A stretch of DNA of 64,000 nt from an uncultured Gammaproteobacteria bacterium (GTDB taxonomy: Bacteria; Patescibacteriota; Microgenomatia; UBA8517), in the NCBI GenBank assembly GCA_964427735.1, contig CAYRUS010000001.1:226173-290172 (forward strand). Reading direction: 5' to 3'. The position numbers and the translations under genes are program-made. The number at the start of each line of letters is the position of its first letter. Position 1 is the first letter of the stretch. The notes below the pieces were generated by a model that saw only the letters and a program-made list of their open reading frames with translations, searched no databases and had not been told where the DNA came from. Positions 10,579 to 20,700 of this stretch are shown here, one piece after another.

Positions 10579-11244
10579 ATGATAATTGATATTGTTACGC
10601 TATTCCCTGAAATGTTTGAGGGCCCATTTAGTGAATCAATAATAAAAAGAGCACAAGAAAAAGACCTTGTAAAAATCAATATTCATAATTTGAGGGATTG
10701 GGCTAGTGATAAACACAATACAGTTGACGACAGACCATATGGTGGTGGTCCAGGAATGGTAATAAAAGTTGATGTTGTAGATAAAGCACTTAAAGAAATT
10801 AAGAAACAAAAAAGAGGAACTACCCAAAAAATAGTATTACTAGAAGCAGCAGGTGAGATATTTACTCAAGAAAAAGCAGCTTCTTTGAGTAAAGTTGACC
10901 ATTTAATTCTCCTTGCAGGACATTACGAAGGCTTTGACGAGAGAGTAAGGGAACACTTAGTTGATGAGGTTATCTCTATAGGTAAGTTTGTTCTAACAGG
11001 TGGAGAATTGCCTGCCATGATTATAACAGATGCTGTCGTGAGATTAATTCCTGGAGTTTTAGGTAGTGAAGCATCTCTTAGCGAAGAGTCCTACAGCAAA
11101 CCAAACTGGCTAGAATACCCACAATATACAAGACCTGAAGAATATAATGATTGGAAAGTCCCTGAAATACTTCTATCCGGAGACCATAAGAGTATTGCTG
11201 AATGGAAAAAAAAGATGGCAGCTAAAGTGTCAAAGAAAGATTAG
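10579..11244 (+). CDS. trmD: tRNA (guanine37-N1)-methyltransferase
   Basis: MIIDIVTLFPEMFEGPF...RPYGGGPGMV...ILLAGHYEGFDERV are hallmark TrmD SPOUT motifs. Confidence 0.9.
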   Translation: MIIDIVTLFPEMFEGPFSESIIKRAQEKDLVKINIHNLRDWASDKHNTVDDRPYGGGPGMVIKVDVVDKALKEIKKQKRGTTQKIVLLEAAGEIFTQEKAASLSKVDHLILLAGHYEGFDERVREHLVDEVISIGKFVLTGGELPAMIITDAVVRLIPGVLGSEASLSEESYSKPNWLEYPQYTRPEEYNDWKVPEILLSGDHKSIAEWKKKMAAKVSKKD

Positions 11245-12475
11245 TAAAAAATTTATATATTTTCTTTATAACTTTAAACCCAATATTTTCTCTTTCCTTT
11301 TCCAAAATAATCATATTAACATCTGATATCTCGTGATCGTAACTTTTGTAACCTGGTCTACTTACTTTCAAAGATTTATTAACAGGTAGATAAGCAATTA
11401 CAAACTTACCGTCTTTTTGTGTTTTGGCTGTTTTATTTTCTGTATATACTTTTGCTCCTTCAATAGGAACATTAAGTTCATTCACAACTTTTGTACTAAT
11501 AACACTTGGTGTGTAAAAACCCTTTATAACATCAGCTGCTAAAGTTTCATTACCATTTTCTTCCCACAATCTAGTACTTCCACCAAAACCAACCCAATAA
11601 TTAATTCCTTCTACCAATTCTGTATCAGACAAATAAGTTAATGTTTCTTCTATCCACTCAGCTTGTTTTACATTGTCAAAACTCTCATGTATTTCTGGAA
11701 TTGGTGCTCCAAACTCACCAATTACAACTTTCCCACCACTTATTTCTGCAATTTCTCTTATGTCATCAGCAAATTCTTTTGGATCCTGAACATAGTGATC
11801 TACAACAACAATACCACCAAGGTTTCGGGTTGTTTCTTTGTTCATTATTAATCTAGCAACATCCCCATTCATTGAATAAAAATTAGAACGGACATCTCTC
11901 CCTAATTTTCTAAATGATTCTTTTGCAACTTTATATTCTTCAATTAAAAATTCTCTATGTCCATTTACATCATCATTAAACCTTGGATCTCCCGGGCCTC
12001 CATTCTCGCATTCGGTGCAAGATGTAAAAATATCTCCATCCTCAAACAAATAATTGTTTTTCAGTATAAATTCTTGAGTAAGTTTTATATGTTGCTCACG
12101 ATTTATATCTTCATACCCAAACCAGTTTTCCCACCCTGCAAAATTACCTCTAAACCAAACATTCAAATTATGTCTCCTTGCAGATTGTACCCATTTTTGT
12201 ATAAAAGGAATAAATTCCTCGTCGTAAGGAGTTCCAATAGCTACATGCGTTGCTCCTGTTTGGACTATTTTTAAAATTTGCCTATCAATTTCTTGATTAA
12301 AGGTAGGGTCAGTGGCTTTCTCTCTTGCCAAATCTCTCGAAAACTTCATAGTGTCAATTGACTGAACATTCCACCAAGTAATATTTTGTTGAGCAGAGAC
12401 ATCAGAAGCCAAGGCAAAAAAAAGCAACCAAACAATAATTATTTTGAAAAAGTTAATCATTAATTTTATATGCAC
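11222..12475 (-). CDS. secreted glycoside hydrolase-like protein (clan GH-A/GH5-like TIM barrel) with a C-terminal beta-sandwich domain
   Basis: Signal peptide (LLFFALASDVSA). WENW near strand 4 and VVIGEFG near strand 7 resemble the acid/base and nucleophile motifs of GH5-like enzymes. Its 3' end overlaps trmD convergently by 23 nt. Confidence 0.45.
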   Translation of the reverse strand: MHIKLMINFFKIIIVWLLFFALASDVSAQQNITWWNVQSIDTMKFSRDLAREKATDPTFNQEIDRQILKIVQTGATHVAIGTPYDEEFIPFIQKWVQSARRHNLNVWFRGNFAGWENWFGYEDINREQHIKLTQEFILKNNYLFEDGDIFTSCTECENGGPGDPRFNDDVNGHREFLIEEYKVAKESFRKLGRDVRSNFYSMNGDVARLIMNKETTRNLGGIVVVDHYVQDPKEFADDIREIAEISGGKVVIGEFGAPIPEIHESFDNVKQAEWIEETLTYLSDTELVEGINYWVGFGGSTRLWEENGNETLAADVIKGFYTPSVISTKVVNELNVPIEGAKVYTENKTAKTQKDGKFVIAYLPVNKSLKVSRPGYKSYDHEISDVNMIILEKERENIGFKVIKKIYKFFTNLSLTL

Positions 12476-14132
12476 TCCTAGAAAATACAGGTTCAGTCGT
12501 TAAATCTGGAAGATATTCATCCTCCAGTTCATATATGTCTGCAAAGGGATAACTCTCCATTAATTTGTATTTGTTCAATCCCTCGATTCCTCCTACTTCT
12601 TTCCAGGTTAAATCATTATTGTCGTGAGTTCTCACAATCACCCATCTTGCCCACTTCTCCGGTGCCTTAACTGCACTATCCCAGTAATCACCAGTTCCTT
12701 CGTGAATAAATCTCTTCATTGGCATTCCAGAAGTGAATATTATGGCATCATGAGAAGCTGCAGAGATAAGAACAAATCCTTCTTCTTCTGATGCATTATC
12801 CTTTAACCACGAGGATACTTCTGTTACGTTTTTCCCGCTTGACCCATAAAGTGCATCTTCTAAAGTTACAACATCAAAATTAACAAATGCAAAAAATATC
12901 ACAAACAATACAATACCTAGTATTGCAAACCTAAAGCTTTTTAACTTATCCATCAAATATCCTGAAAAGACTGCAATTGCAGGTGCAAGCATCAAGCCAT
13001 AGCGAACATTAAACCAGTTATCACCGGATATACCATTGATAAAAAGGACAGAATGACCCAAAAATAAAGCAATAATATTAAAGATGAATGGAGCAATTAA
13101 TGTCAAAATTGATATTTTAATTTCTGTTTTTTTTGTTTTATCTAGTAAGAAAAGAATTAGCCCAAGTAAACCTGCAAATGCAATTACAGTATATGAGTTG
13201 TAAAAAACAGCATAGGTATACACTTTAATTGATAAAAGTATATTCCCTTTGGTTAAGAGTTCTCCTGCTGCTTCTAATTGTTCCTGCTGAGCATGTGCAG
13301 AAAATGGACCAAAGGCAAAATACAAAGGGTCGCTAAAAATAAGCAAATTCCATAAAAACCACAAAAATACACCTAGCCCTGCTAAAGTTGAAAAAAATAT
13401 GACTGTTCCTGTTAGTTTTTTGTATGATTTTTTCTTTATTAAAAGTAATACAATTAAACCCGCAGAAAACATAAATAAAAACCAACCATCATATCGCACC
13501 AAGGTGGAAAGCATAATGAAAAATGCTGATTTTATTAAATCAAATATTTCTTCTTTTTCAGACCATAACAAAAAATAATAAGCCCCGGCAGTCATTGTAG
13601 CCATAAGAAGAATTTCTGTCATTGCGGTTGATTGCAAATACAAGATATTAAGATTTGCTGCAAATATAAAACTTCCAAAAACCCTACTATACAAACCAAC
13701 ACCTAATTTATTTAAGAAGAAATAAACCAGCATACCAGTAACAACAAAGGAGATCATAGAAACTACTGCTCCCGAAAGACCTGAATGCCACATAAAACTA
13801 TTCCATATTGTGGGCATCATCAAAATATGAGGTAATGGCAACCAAACAGAACCAAGCTGTGCTAATCCTGGTTTCAATCCTTCAACTACTCTTCTACCAA
13901 TATCAAGATGCGATCGTGCATCGTTATACAAAAGACTCATACCATTTTGATAGAACCAAATAAAAGTAAATATAGAAATAATGCTTAAAGCGAAAATTAA
14001 AATAAAAACAATTTTACTTTCTACAAAACTCTTTACTCTATTAAACCATTGAAAAGGCACAGTAATATTCCATACTGTTTCTTTCTTTGTTGATGATTTT
14101 TTGAGACTTATAAATTTACTCTTTTTTTTCAT
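12453..14132 (-). CDS. polytopic membrane protein, GT-C-like glycosyltransferase paralog
   Basis: 559 aa, at least 12 TM helices, a YNDARSHLDIGRR loop after TM1 and a large C-terminal soluble domain. This architecture parallels the neighbouring GT-C-like genes. Confidence 0.45.
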   Translation of the reverse strand: MKKKSKFISLKKSSTKKETVWNITVPFQWFNRVKSFVESKIVFILIFALSIISIFTFIWFYQNGMSLLYNDARSHLDIGRRVVEGLKPGLAQLGSVWLPLPHILMMPTIWNSFMWHSGLSGAVVSMISFVVTGMLVYFFLNKLGVGLYSRVFGSFIFAANLNILYLQSTAMTEILLMATMTAGAYYFLLWSEKEEIFDLIKSAFFIMLSTLVRYDGWFLFMFSAGLIVLLLIKKKSYKKLTGTVIFFSTLAGLGVFLWFLWNLLIFSDPLYFAFGPFSAHAQQEQLEAAGELLTKGNILLSIKVYTYAVFYNSYTVIAFAGLLGLILFLLDKTKKTEIKISILTLIAPFIFNIIALFLGHSVLFINGISGDNWFNVRYGLMLAPAIAVFSGYLMDKLKSFRFAILGIVLFVIFFAFVNFDVVTLEDALYGSSGKNVTEVSSWLKDNASEEEGFVLISAASHDAIIFTSGMPMKRFIHEGTGDYWDSAVKAPEKWARWVIVRTHDNNDLTWKEVGGIEGLNKYKLMESYPFADIYELEDEYLPDLTTEPVFSRSAYKIND

Positions 14133-14143
14133 GATTTTTTAAC

Positions 14144-15751
14144 TTAAATTACTTTTCTCAAAAAAAACTTCTGCAAATTGTTTAGCCCCAACTTTCTTTT
14201 GCTTTCATAAATAGCCAACCCATAAAGATACCCAAAACAAGTTAAAATAATTATTGCTGAAATTACTAAATAAAACTCCAATGGTTTTATGTGGTCTTTC
14301 AAATATGTATTATAAACATAGGATTTTGATCCTGAACTCATTAAATAGTCATAGTTTCGCTCAAATGTATATTTTTCCATTTTCCCTGACAACGTGCTCA
14401 AATGTGCAGCTTCAACTTTTGGAGGATTAAGATTTGAAGTTAAAGCCCCTAGTGAGTTAACTATTACGCCATAGCTTAATACAATAAAGAAGAAGAATAA
14501 AATCAAAAGTGATCCCTTTCTTTTTATAACATCCAAGGTAAAAGGTAGTGAAATTGCAAATATTGCATAACTAGGAATTAAATACCTGGACCCAAATGCC
14601 CAACCTCCCCATGGGTCACCCCACATCGAATAAATGATTAAGTTTAAAGAAACTATAGAAACAAGAAGAGAACTAATCTGTGAGTTTTTGCGAGATAATT
14701 CCACTAACCCATAAACTCCAAATAGCACAATAGTAGAATAAAAAATTACTCCTCTATCTAAACTAAATAAATGAACATAAAGCCCATTAATCATGTTTTG
14801 AGTATCAAAAAAACCTATCGAAGTTTTGGTTTCTTGTTCAATTTCATTTGCATCAAGACCCTTGTCAAAAGACTCAGGCAATCCCTGGTCATTTATTAAA
14901 TCAACACTAGAAACTGTTCCAGATAACTGGAGAGGATTTCCATATGCTTCATGATTATAAATAAAAAACATCACCAAAGGTATCAATGAAGCTAATATCG
15001 CCATTAATGTTTTTGATAAATTAAATTTAACTTTCAGAGTTTTATTTTTGGACTCTACCTTAATAATTTTTGAAACTGCAAGCAAGGCAATCGGAAACAT
15101 AAAAATGATACTAGGACTGTCTATTACTATAGAAGAAGCTATCAATACCCATACTACAGAATGTGCTAGTAACGAAGTTTCATATTTAATCAAAAGATAT
15201 ATCGAAAATAAAATTGCAAAAGCAGTTATATGATGCTGATAAAGAGTAGTTGAATAGGCGTAGGCAGGTGTGGCAAATAGAAAAGATAAAGCTCCAACTG
15301 CAGAAGCATTTGAAGAAGTACCTAAGTGACTGGAAATTCCCCTTATAATTAGTGCATTTAAAACTGCAAAAACACCTACAACAGCAAAAGCCCCATATTG
15401 AGAGACATTAAACATTTTTCCAAATAAATATCCCGGTATAGCTAAAAATGATACAGCTGGAGGAAAAAGTGAAACATATTTTCCATCAACATATCCTAAA
15501 TCAGGGGTAGTAAACCGTGCTAAAGGAAGGCTCAACTCCACACTGTCATTTTCTATCACTGAATAAAGCAAAGTAAATCTACCTTTTTCCGGAGAAAGTT
15601 CAAATGGATTATCAACTCTTGATTTAACAGAAAATAATTCATCTTCTTTTATATTGCCGTGAATTCCCTTTGTTGAAAACAAGACTATTATCAGACAAAA
15701 GACAACAAAGAAAACTTTTTCAAAGTTTATTTTAATTTTATTTTTTAACAT
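14144..15751 (-). CDS. polytopic membrane protein, GT-C-like glycosyltransferase paralog
   Basis: 535 aa, multi-TM, with an N-terminal extracytoplasmic loop carrying acidic residues (PDLGYVDGKY). Confidence 0.4.
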   Translation of the reverse strand: MLKNKIKINFEKVFFVVFCLIIVLFSTKGIHGNIKEDELFSVKSRVDNPFELSPEKGRFTLLYSVIENDSVELSLPLARFTTPDLGYVDGKYVSLFPPAVSFLAIPGYLFGKMFNVSQYGAFAVVGVFAVLNALIIRGISSHLGTSSNASAVGALSFLFATPAYAYSTTLYQHHITAFAILFSIYLLIKYETSLLAHSVVWVLIASSIVIDSPSIIFMFPIALLAVSKIIKVESKNKTLKVKFNLSKTLMAILASLIPLVMFFIYNHEAYGNPLQLSGTVSSVDLINDQGLPESFDKGLDANEIEQETKTSIGFFDTQNMINGLYVHLFSLDRGVIFYSTIVLFGVYGLVELSRKNSQISSLLVSIVSLNLIIYSMWGDPWGGWAFGSRYLIPSYAIFAISLPFTLDVIKRKGSLLILFFFFIVLSYGVIVNSLGALTSNLNPPKVEAAHLSTLSGKMEKYTFERNYDYLMSSGSKSYVYNTYLKDHIKPLEFYLVISAIIILTCFGYLYGLAIYESKRKLGLNNLQKFFLRKVI

Positions 15752-16502
15752 AATACTTTTCCGCCACTTTGGGAACTAACCTATTTGGAAATACCACATC
15801 AAATTGTGTTTTGTATTTTTTCATCAAATTTACTTTTTTATTATGGTCGGTTTTATAAACAAAAATTTTGTAAGATTTTTTAGAATGCTTTCCATATTTT
15901 TTCTCAGTGTTATATGGAAAGTCAGACCAATATATAATTTCTTCAAATACCCTCTCACAGGCATTTCTAACAATCACATGATCTACATGAGATCCATATG
16001 CAAATGGGCAAAAAACTATTGAGTTTTTGGGTATAATTTTTTTAAGTTTTTCTGCAATTTCATCTATTAAATTAATCTCGTAGCTAGAGATTTTTCCATT
16101 TGCAATATTTAACCTGTAAATAGGATAAACATGCATAAACTCTGGAACTACTCTTCCTAAAGTTTTTGCAACAAAACCTGTTTTTGTCCTCCATAAGGCA
16201 TCTGTGTAATCAAGATTTACAACATTTACACCTATGCTTTTAAACAAATTCTTGTCTGCATTTACACGATCTTCAAAAAGCTTTATTGGGTCTTCGAAGT
16301 TACAATTTTTTAAAAATCTATTAGCTGAGATAGTTTGCTTTCCATTACCTGCTTTTGTAAATACGTTAATAACATTGACATTGTTATTCTTGATTAGATT
16401 AAGCAGTAAAGATCCGCAGGAAAATACAGCATCGTCCAAATGTGGCGAAATAAAGTAAATGTTTTTATCTTTCATAATTTTATTTAAAGTTGGCTCTTTC
16501 AT
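15738..16502 (-). CDS. PIG-L/LmbE family N-acetylglucosaminyl deacetylase
   Basis: FISPHLDDAVFSCGSLL (the HxDD zinc motif) and GSHVDHVIV are diagnostic of the PIG-L family. Confidence 0.8.
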   Translation of the reverse strand: MKEPTLNKIMKDKNIYFISPHLDDAVFSCGSLLLNLIKNNNVNVINVFTKAGNGKQTISANRFLKNCNFEDPIKLFEDRVNADKNLFKSIGVNVVNLDYTDALWRTKTGFVAKTLGRVVPEFMHVYPIYRLNIANGKISSYEINLIDEIAEKLKKIIPKNSIVFCPFAYGSHVDHVIVRNACERVFEEIIYWSDFPYNTEKKYGKHSKKSYKIFVYKTDHNKKVNLMKKYKTQFDVVFPNRLVPKVAEKYYVKK

Positions 16503-16514
16503 TTTTCGAATATC

Positions 16515-17708
16515 TTAATTAGAAATAATTTCATTTAAATTACCTCTCTTATTGATCATTAAATTTTTATTTGCAATGTAATAATTTTTGAGTTCCTCTG
16601 ATATAAACTCGTCATATTTTTCTGACACAGAATTCCAATCATAATTTCTTGCGAATTTGTATGCTCTTTTTCCTATAGAAGCTCTTTTAACATCGTCTTT
16701 TAATATTTTTATTAATGCATTAGAAAGTGATCTTGAAGAAACTCTCTTGACTTTAATAGCAATACTTTCTGGAATCCATTTAAGTCCATCGATATCAAAA
16801 CATACGAGAGTTTTAGCATAGGAAAAGGTTTCTAGTGCAACTAAAGAAAATGTTTCAAATCTTGAAGGACAAACAACTACTATTGCGTCTTGGAATAATT
16901 TCTCTTTGGATGTCCCCTCTACTCTTCCAACTAATTTCACATTGTCTTGAAGTTTTTTGCTTTTAATTAGCTCTATTAATTCCTTTTCCTCTTTTTTGTT
17001 TCCATCACCTGCAATTATCAATTTAAAATTCAAATGCTTTTTAACTTCAGCAATAGCATTGATTAATAAATCTAAACCTTTTTGATTTATCTCTATCCTC
17101 CCGATAAATAAAATATGCTTTTCTTTATTAAAGTTTTGCTTAGGTATTTTTACACCATTCGGAATCACATTAATTGCTGCTTGCTTGTTTATTCTGGTAA
17201 TCTTTTCTCGTTGGGTTTCTGTTAACACAATAAATCTTCTGTAACACTTTAAACCGATTTTTTCGACTAAAGTTAAAGGTACAAAATACTTTCTTTTCAT
17301 ATCACTTGCTGAAAGCATATGGACAAGACCTATAACAGGTTTTTTTGTATAGAATTGTAAAAATGAGGTAGAAAAGGGGGGAGTAAAGCTCTCTATCCAT
17401 AGATCATAACTTTCTTTAAGAACATAAAATGGTAAAGTCAGGTGAAACAAAAGTTGGCTAACTCTAGGACCCCATAAAAACACACCAATTCTCTTATAAC
17501 TAACTCCATCCTTAACCTTGTTAATACTACCGGGATAATTCCCTGTTAAGACAATTAGCTCATATTTTTTGGATAATCTTTTAGCAACTTCATGAATAGC
17601 AAAAGCACCACCACCATTATAAAAAGGATTATCAATAGAATCATAAGTTGATATAACTATTTTATTATTCTTTTTTATTCGGTTTTTTATAATTTTTTCT
17701 GTTTTCAT
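16515..17708 (-). CDS. GT4 (group 1) glycosyltransferase
   Basis: C-terminal LFIGRIEINQKGLDLL...SRFETFSLVALETFSYAKTLV is the EX7E-type GT4 core. The start is placed at ATG 17706-17708 (MKTEKII); the ORF-track start at 17765 would overlap the upstream gene by 38 nt. Confidence 0.75.
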   Translation of the reverse strand: MKTEKIIKNRIKKNNKIVISTYDSIDNPFYNGGGAFAIHEVAKRLSKKYELIVLTGNYPGSINKVKDGVSYKRIGVFLWGPRVSQLLFHLTLPFYVLKESYDLWIESFTPPFSTSFLQFYTKKPVIGLVHMLSASDMKRKYFVPLTLVEKIGLKCYRRFIVLTETQREKITRINKQAAINVIPNGVKIPKQNFNKEKHILFIGRIEINQKGLDLLINAIAEVKKHLNFKLIIAGDGNKKEEKELIELIKSKKLQDNVKLVGRVEGTSKEKLFQDAIVVVCPSRFETFSLVALETFSYAKTLVCFDIDGLKWIPESIAIKVKRVSSRSLSNALIKILKDDVKRASIGKRAYKFARNYDWNSVSEKYDEFISEELKNYYIANKNLMINKRGNLNEIISN

Positions 17709-17727
17709 AGCTTTTGTATATGAATAT

Positions 17728-20700
17728 TTAATTGAATAAATTCTCCCTAGCCAAAGAAAGACCATCTATAACAACATTGCTGTCTTTGCGAATCTCGCTT
17801 TGCATAATCTGCAAAAAATCTCTGGCATTTTTCTCCCAACTAAATCCTTCAGCCCATTTTTTTGCTTTCCTGGAAAGCTCCATTCTTTTTTTATTGTTTT
17901 TTATAAGATCCTCCATAACTTGAGCAAGAGAATCTACATTTTTTAATGGAAACAAAATTCCAGTCTCTCCATCTACAACAGAGTCTTTAAGTCCACTTAC
18001 ATTAGAAGCTACAACAGGAGTAGCACATGCATTTGCCTCTAAAACTGTTATCCCCCAACCTTCAAAAGTAGATGGCTGAATAGATACCCAACTTTTTGAG
18101 AGCTCATTTATTTTTCTTTTCTCACTTACTTTCCCTGTAAGTTTTACAAACTCATTTAATTTATTTTTCATAATTAACTCCTTAATAAACTCTCTACTCT
18201 CACCGTCTCCTGCTATTGTTAATCTAGCTTCCGGGTATTTGGCTACAATCTTTGAGAATGCATTTATGGCAATATCTATGTTCTTATATGGCTTTAATCT
18301 ACCTAAATAAATAAATGATGGATATTTTGTCTTTTTAATTCCATTAACTTTTATATCTACACAAGGAGGAATAATGTGAATATTTTCTCTGTGATTAAGT
18401 CCGATTCTCTTTAACTCTTTTTTTGTTGATTCAGATACAGTAATAATAGTGCTTTTTCTATATGCAATCGGTATTAATTTCCCTTCTAAAAACATCGCAA
18501 TTCTGTTTAACGGAAACGGTAATAGCTGTCTGTGCACATCTTGGTGGATATGATGCAAAACAAGAATTTTGGGTAAGCGAGAATAAAATGGAGTAAAAAA
18601 CGGAATACCGTTTTCGCAATCAATTACAATGTCAAACTTTCCTCTAAATTTGATTGTGTAGTATAAAAATGCCCAAAGATAAACAGTATAAAATCCACCT
18701 CTTCTTATTATTTTTACCCCATCTATTTTTTCTGTACGTTTTGATTTTTGATCGCTACCGCAAAAAATTGTCACTTCATGTCCTTCCTTTACCCAATTTT
18801 TAGCTAAATTATGAATATAAACTTCAGCACCGCCTGCCCAAACATGCTTAATATCTCTCCAATTAAAAACCAATATTTTTAAACTACTAGCTTCTTTAGT
18901 TGAAGTGTTATTAAAGTTTGTGAATAAACCAAACAGGTCCTCAATATTTCCAATAATAGAGCCTGATTTGCTATAAACAATGTGCAACAGAGACACGACC
19001 AAAAGCTGTGTAATTGCAAGTCCGGATGCTATATTTGCTATCTCAACAAATGAAGAATGATAATTTGAAATAGCAAAAACTTGTACAAGGGAAAATCCTA
19101 CTGACAAAATTGCAAATGAATAATCATTTTTAATTAGGTGATAAGTTACAATTCCCACTGACACAGTAAAAGCAACCATCCCAATACAGAACCTAATTAA
19201 ATAGGGCAAAATTGGATAAGCTTTTGAGCCAAAGAGAATTGGAACTGTATAAAAACCAAACCAACCAATAAATACAAATCCAATTAAAGATGATGCAGTT
19301 GAAGCTAGAAGTAGCTTATTAAATATAGAAATAGTTTCTAAACCTTCTCCTTCTCTTTTACTTATCAGAGGTATAAAAAACTGAGAAAACAAAGTACCTA
19401 GATAAAAAACAATTTTCCCTGATAAAGAAAGCAAAGCGTAAATTCCTGCTTCTTCTGAAGGTAAGTAATGCTTTGCCATCACAACATCAATGCTCAAAAA
19501 TGCAACGGCAGATATATTTGTAAGCAATGAGGCAGAAAAGAAAGTGGTAGGAAATCTTAATAATTTTTCTGAAAGCTTGTTTGTTTTAACAAATCGTGTT
19601 TTTGCAATTACTAATTCACTTAATATAAATGCCACAACAACTGAAGCAGGAATAGCAACATAAATAAGCTCTGTATTATCTAACTCAATCGCAATGACAG
19701 TAAAAATTAATTTAGTCACTGCCTCAATAAGTAAAACAAATCCCAAGGTATAAAATTTTATGTTTCCTGATAAATATCCCTTATTTGCAGCTAGTAAAAA
19801 TCCTACTGTAAAAACAGGAAAGAAACTCAAGAAAGGCAAAATATCTGCTGTTTTAAAGTAGGAAAATAAATATGGATTTATTAGAAGCCATGATAAAGTT
19901 ATCAAAAATGAATATAAAACTATTCTTTTTTTTGTATTATCAAGAAAGCATCTGATTGGAAGCTTAACTTTCCCAAAGATATAACCGCTTTTATAAGAAA
20001 TCGCAGTATATAAAGAAACAAAAACAATGCCAACAATTCCAAATATGTTGGACATCAAACTTACCGTACCAAATTCATCAAAATCCAGATTGCGACCAAG
20101 ATATGCATTATAGAAAAAGTTTGCAAAATTAAAAAAGACAGTTACCCCAAACAAGAAAAGAAAAGAACCTTTTTCAGAATATTTCATCACATATTGTTTC
20201 AATAAATTTAACCTTGGCTTTGGCTGAGGTTGAGTAATTTGGATAGAAATCTTTTTCTTTTGAGGTGATTTTGGACCACCTTTTTTAAGATGAAGTCCAT
20301 GAATTGTTTTTTCCCAATAATGTGGTTTTACAATTAATTGATAAAAAGCAATTACAGCAGAGACACTTGCCATCATCCAATAAAATGGAATAAAAAAGAC
20401 ATGGTAAACCAAATTCCATTCATTTCTTTTGGCAAGCCCAATCATGTAGCTGTAGAAATATAGAAAATTTCCAAATACCAAACAGACCACAGCAACGTAA
20501 AAAACTAGCGGAGGAAATAAAGATTCAATTTGTAGACCAACATAATCATAAAATACAAAGTAAGAAATGGTTGCAATCCAAAAAATAGGGTTAATTATTA
20601 TAAAAACCATCCTCATACCAATAATCAGCTGGAACAAAATAGTATGGATTCCACTTTCCTTAAAAAATTGAACTGGGTTTCTCATATGTACCAGATAGGT

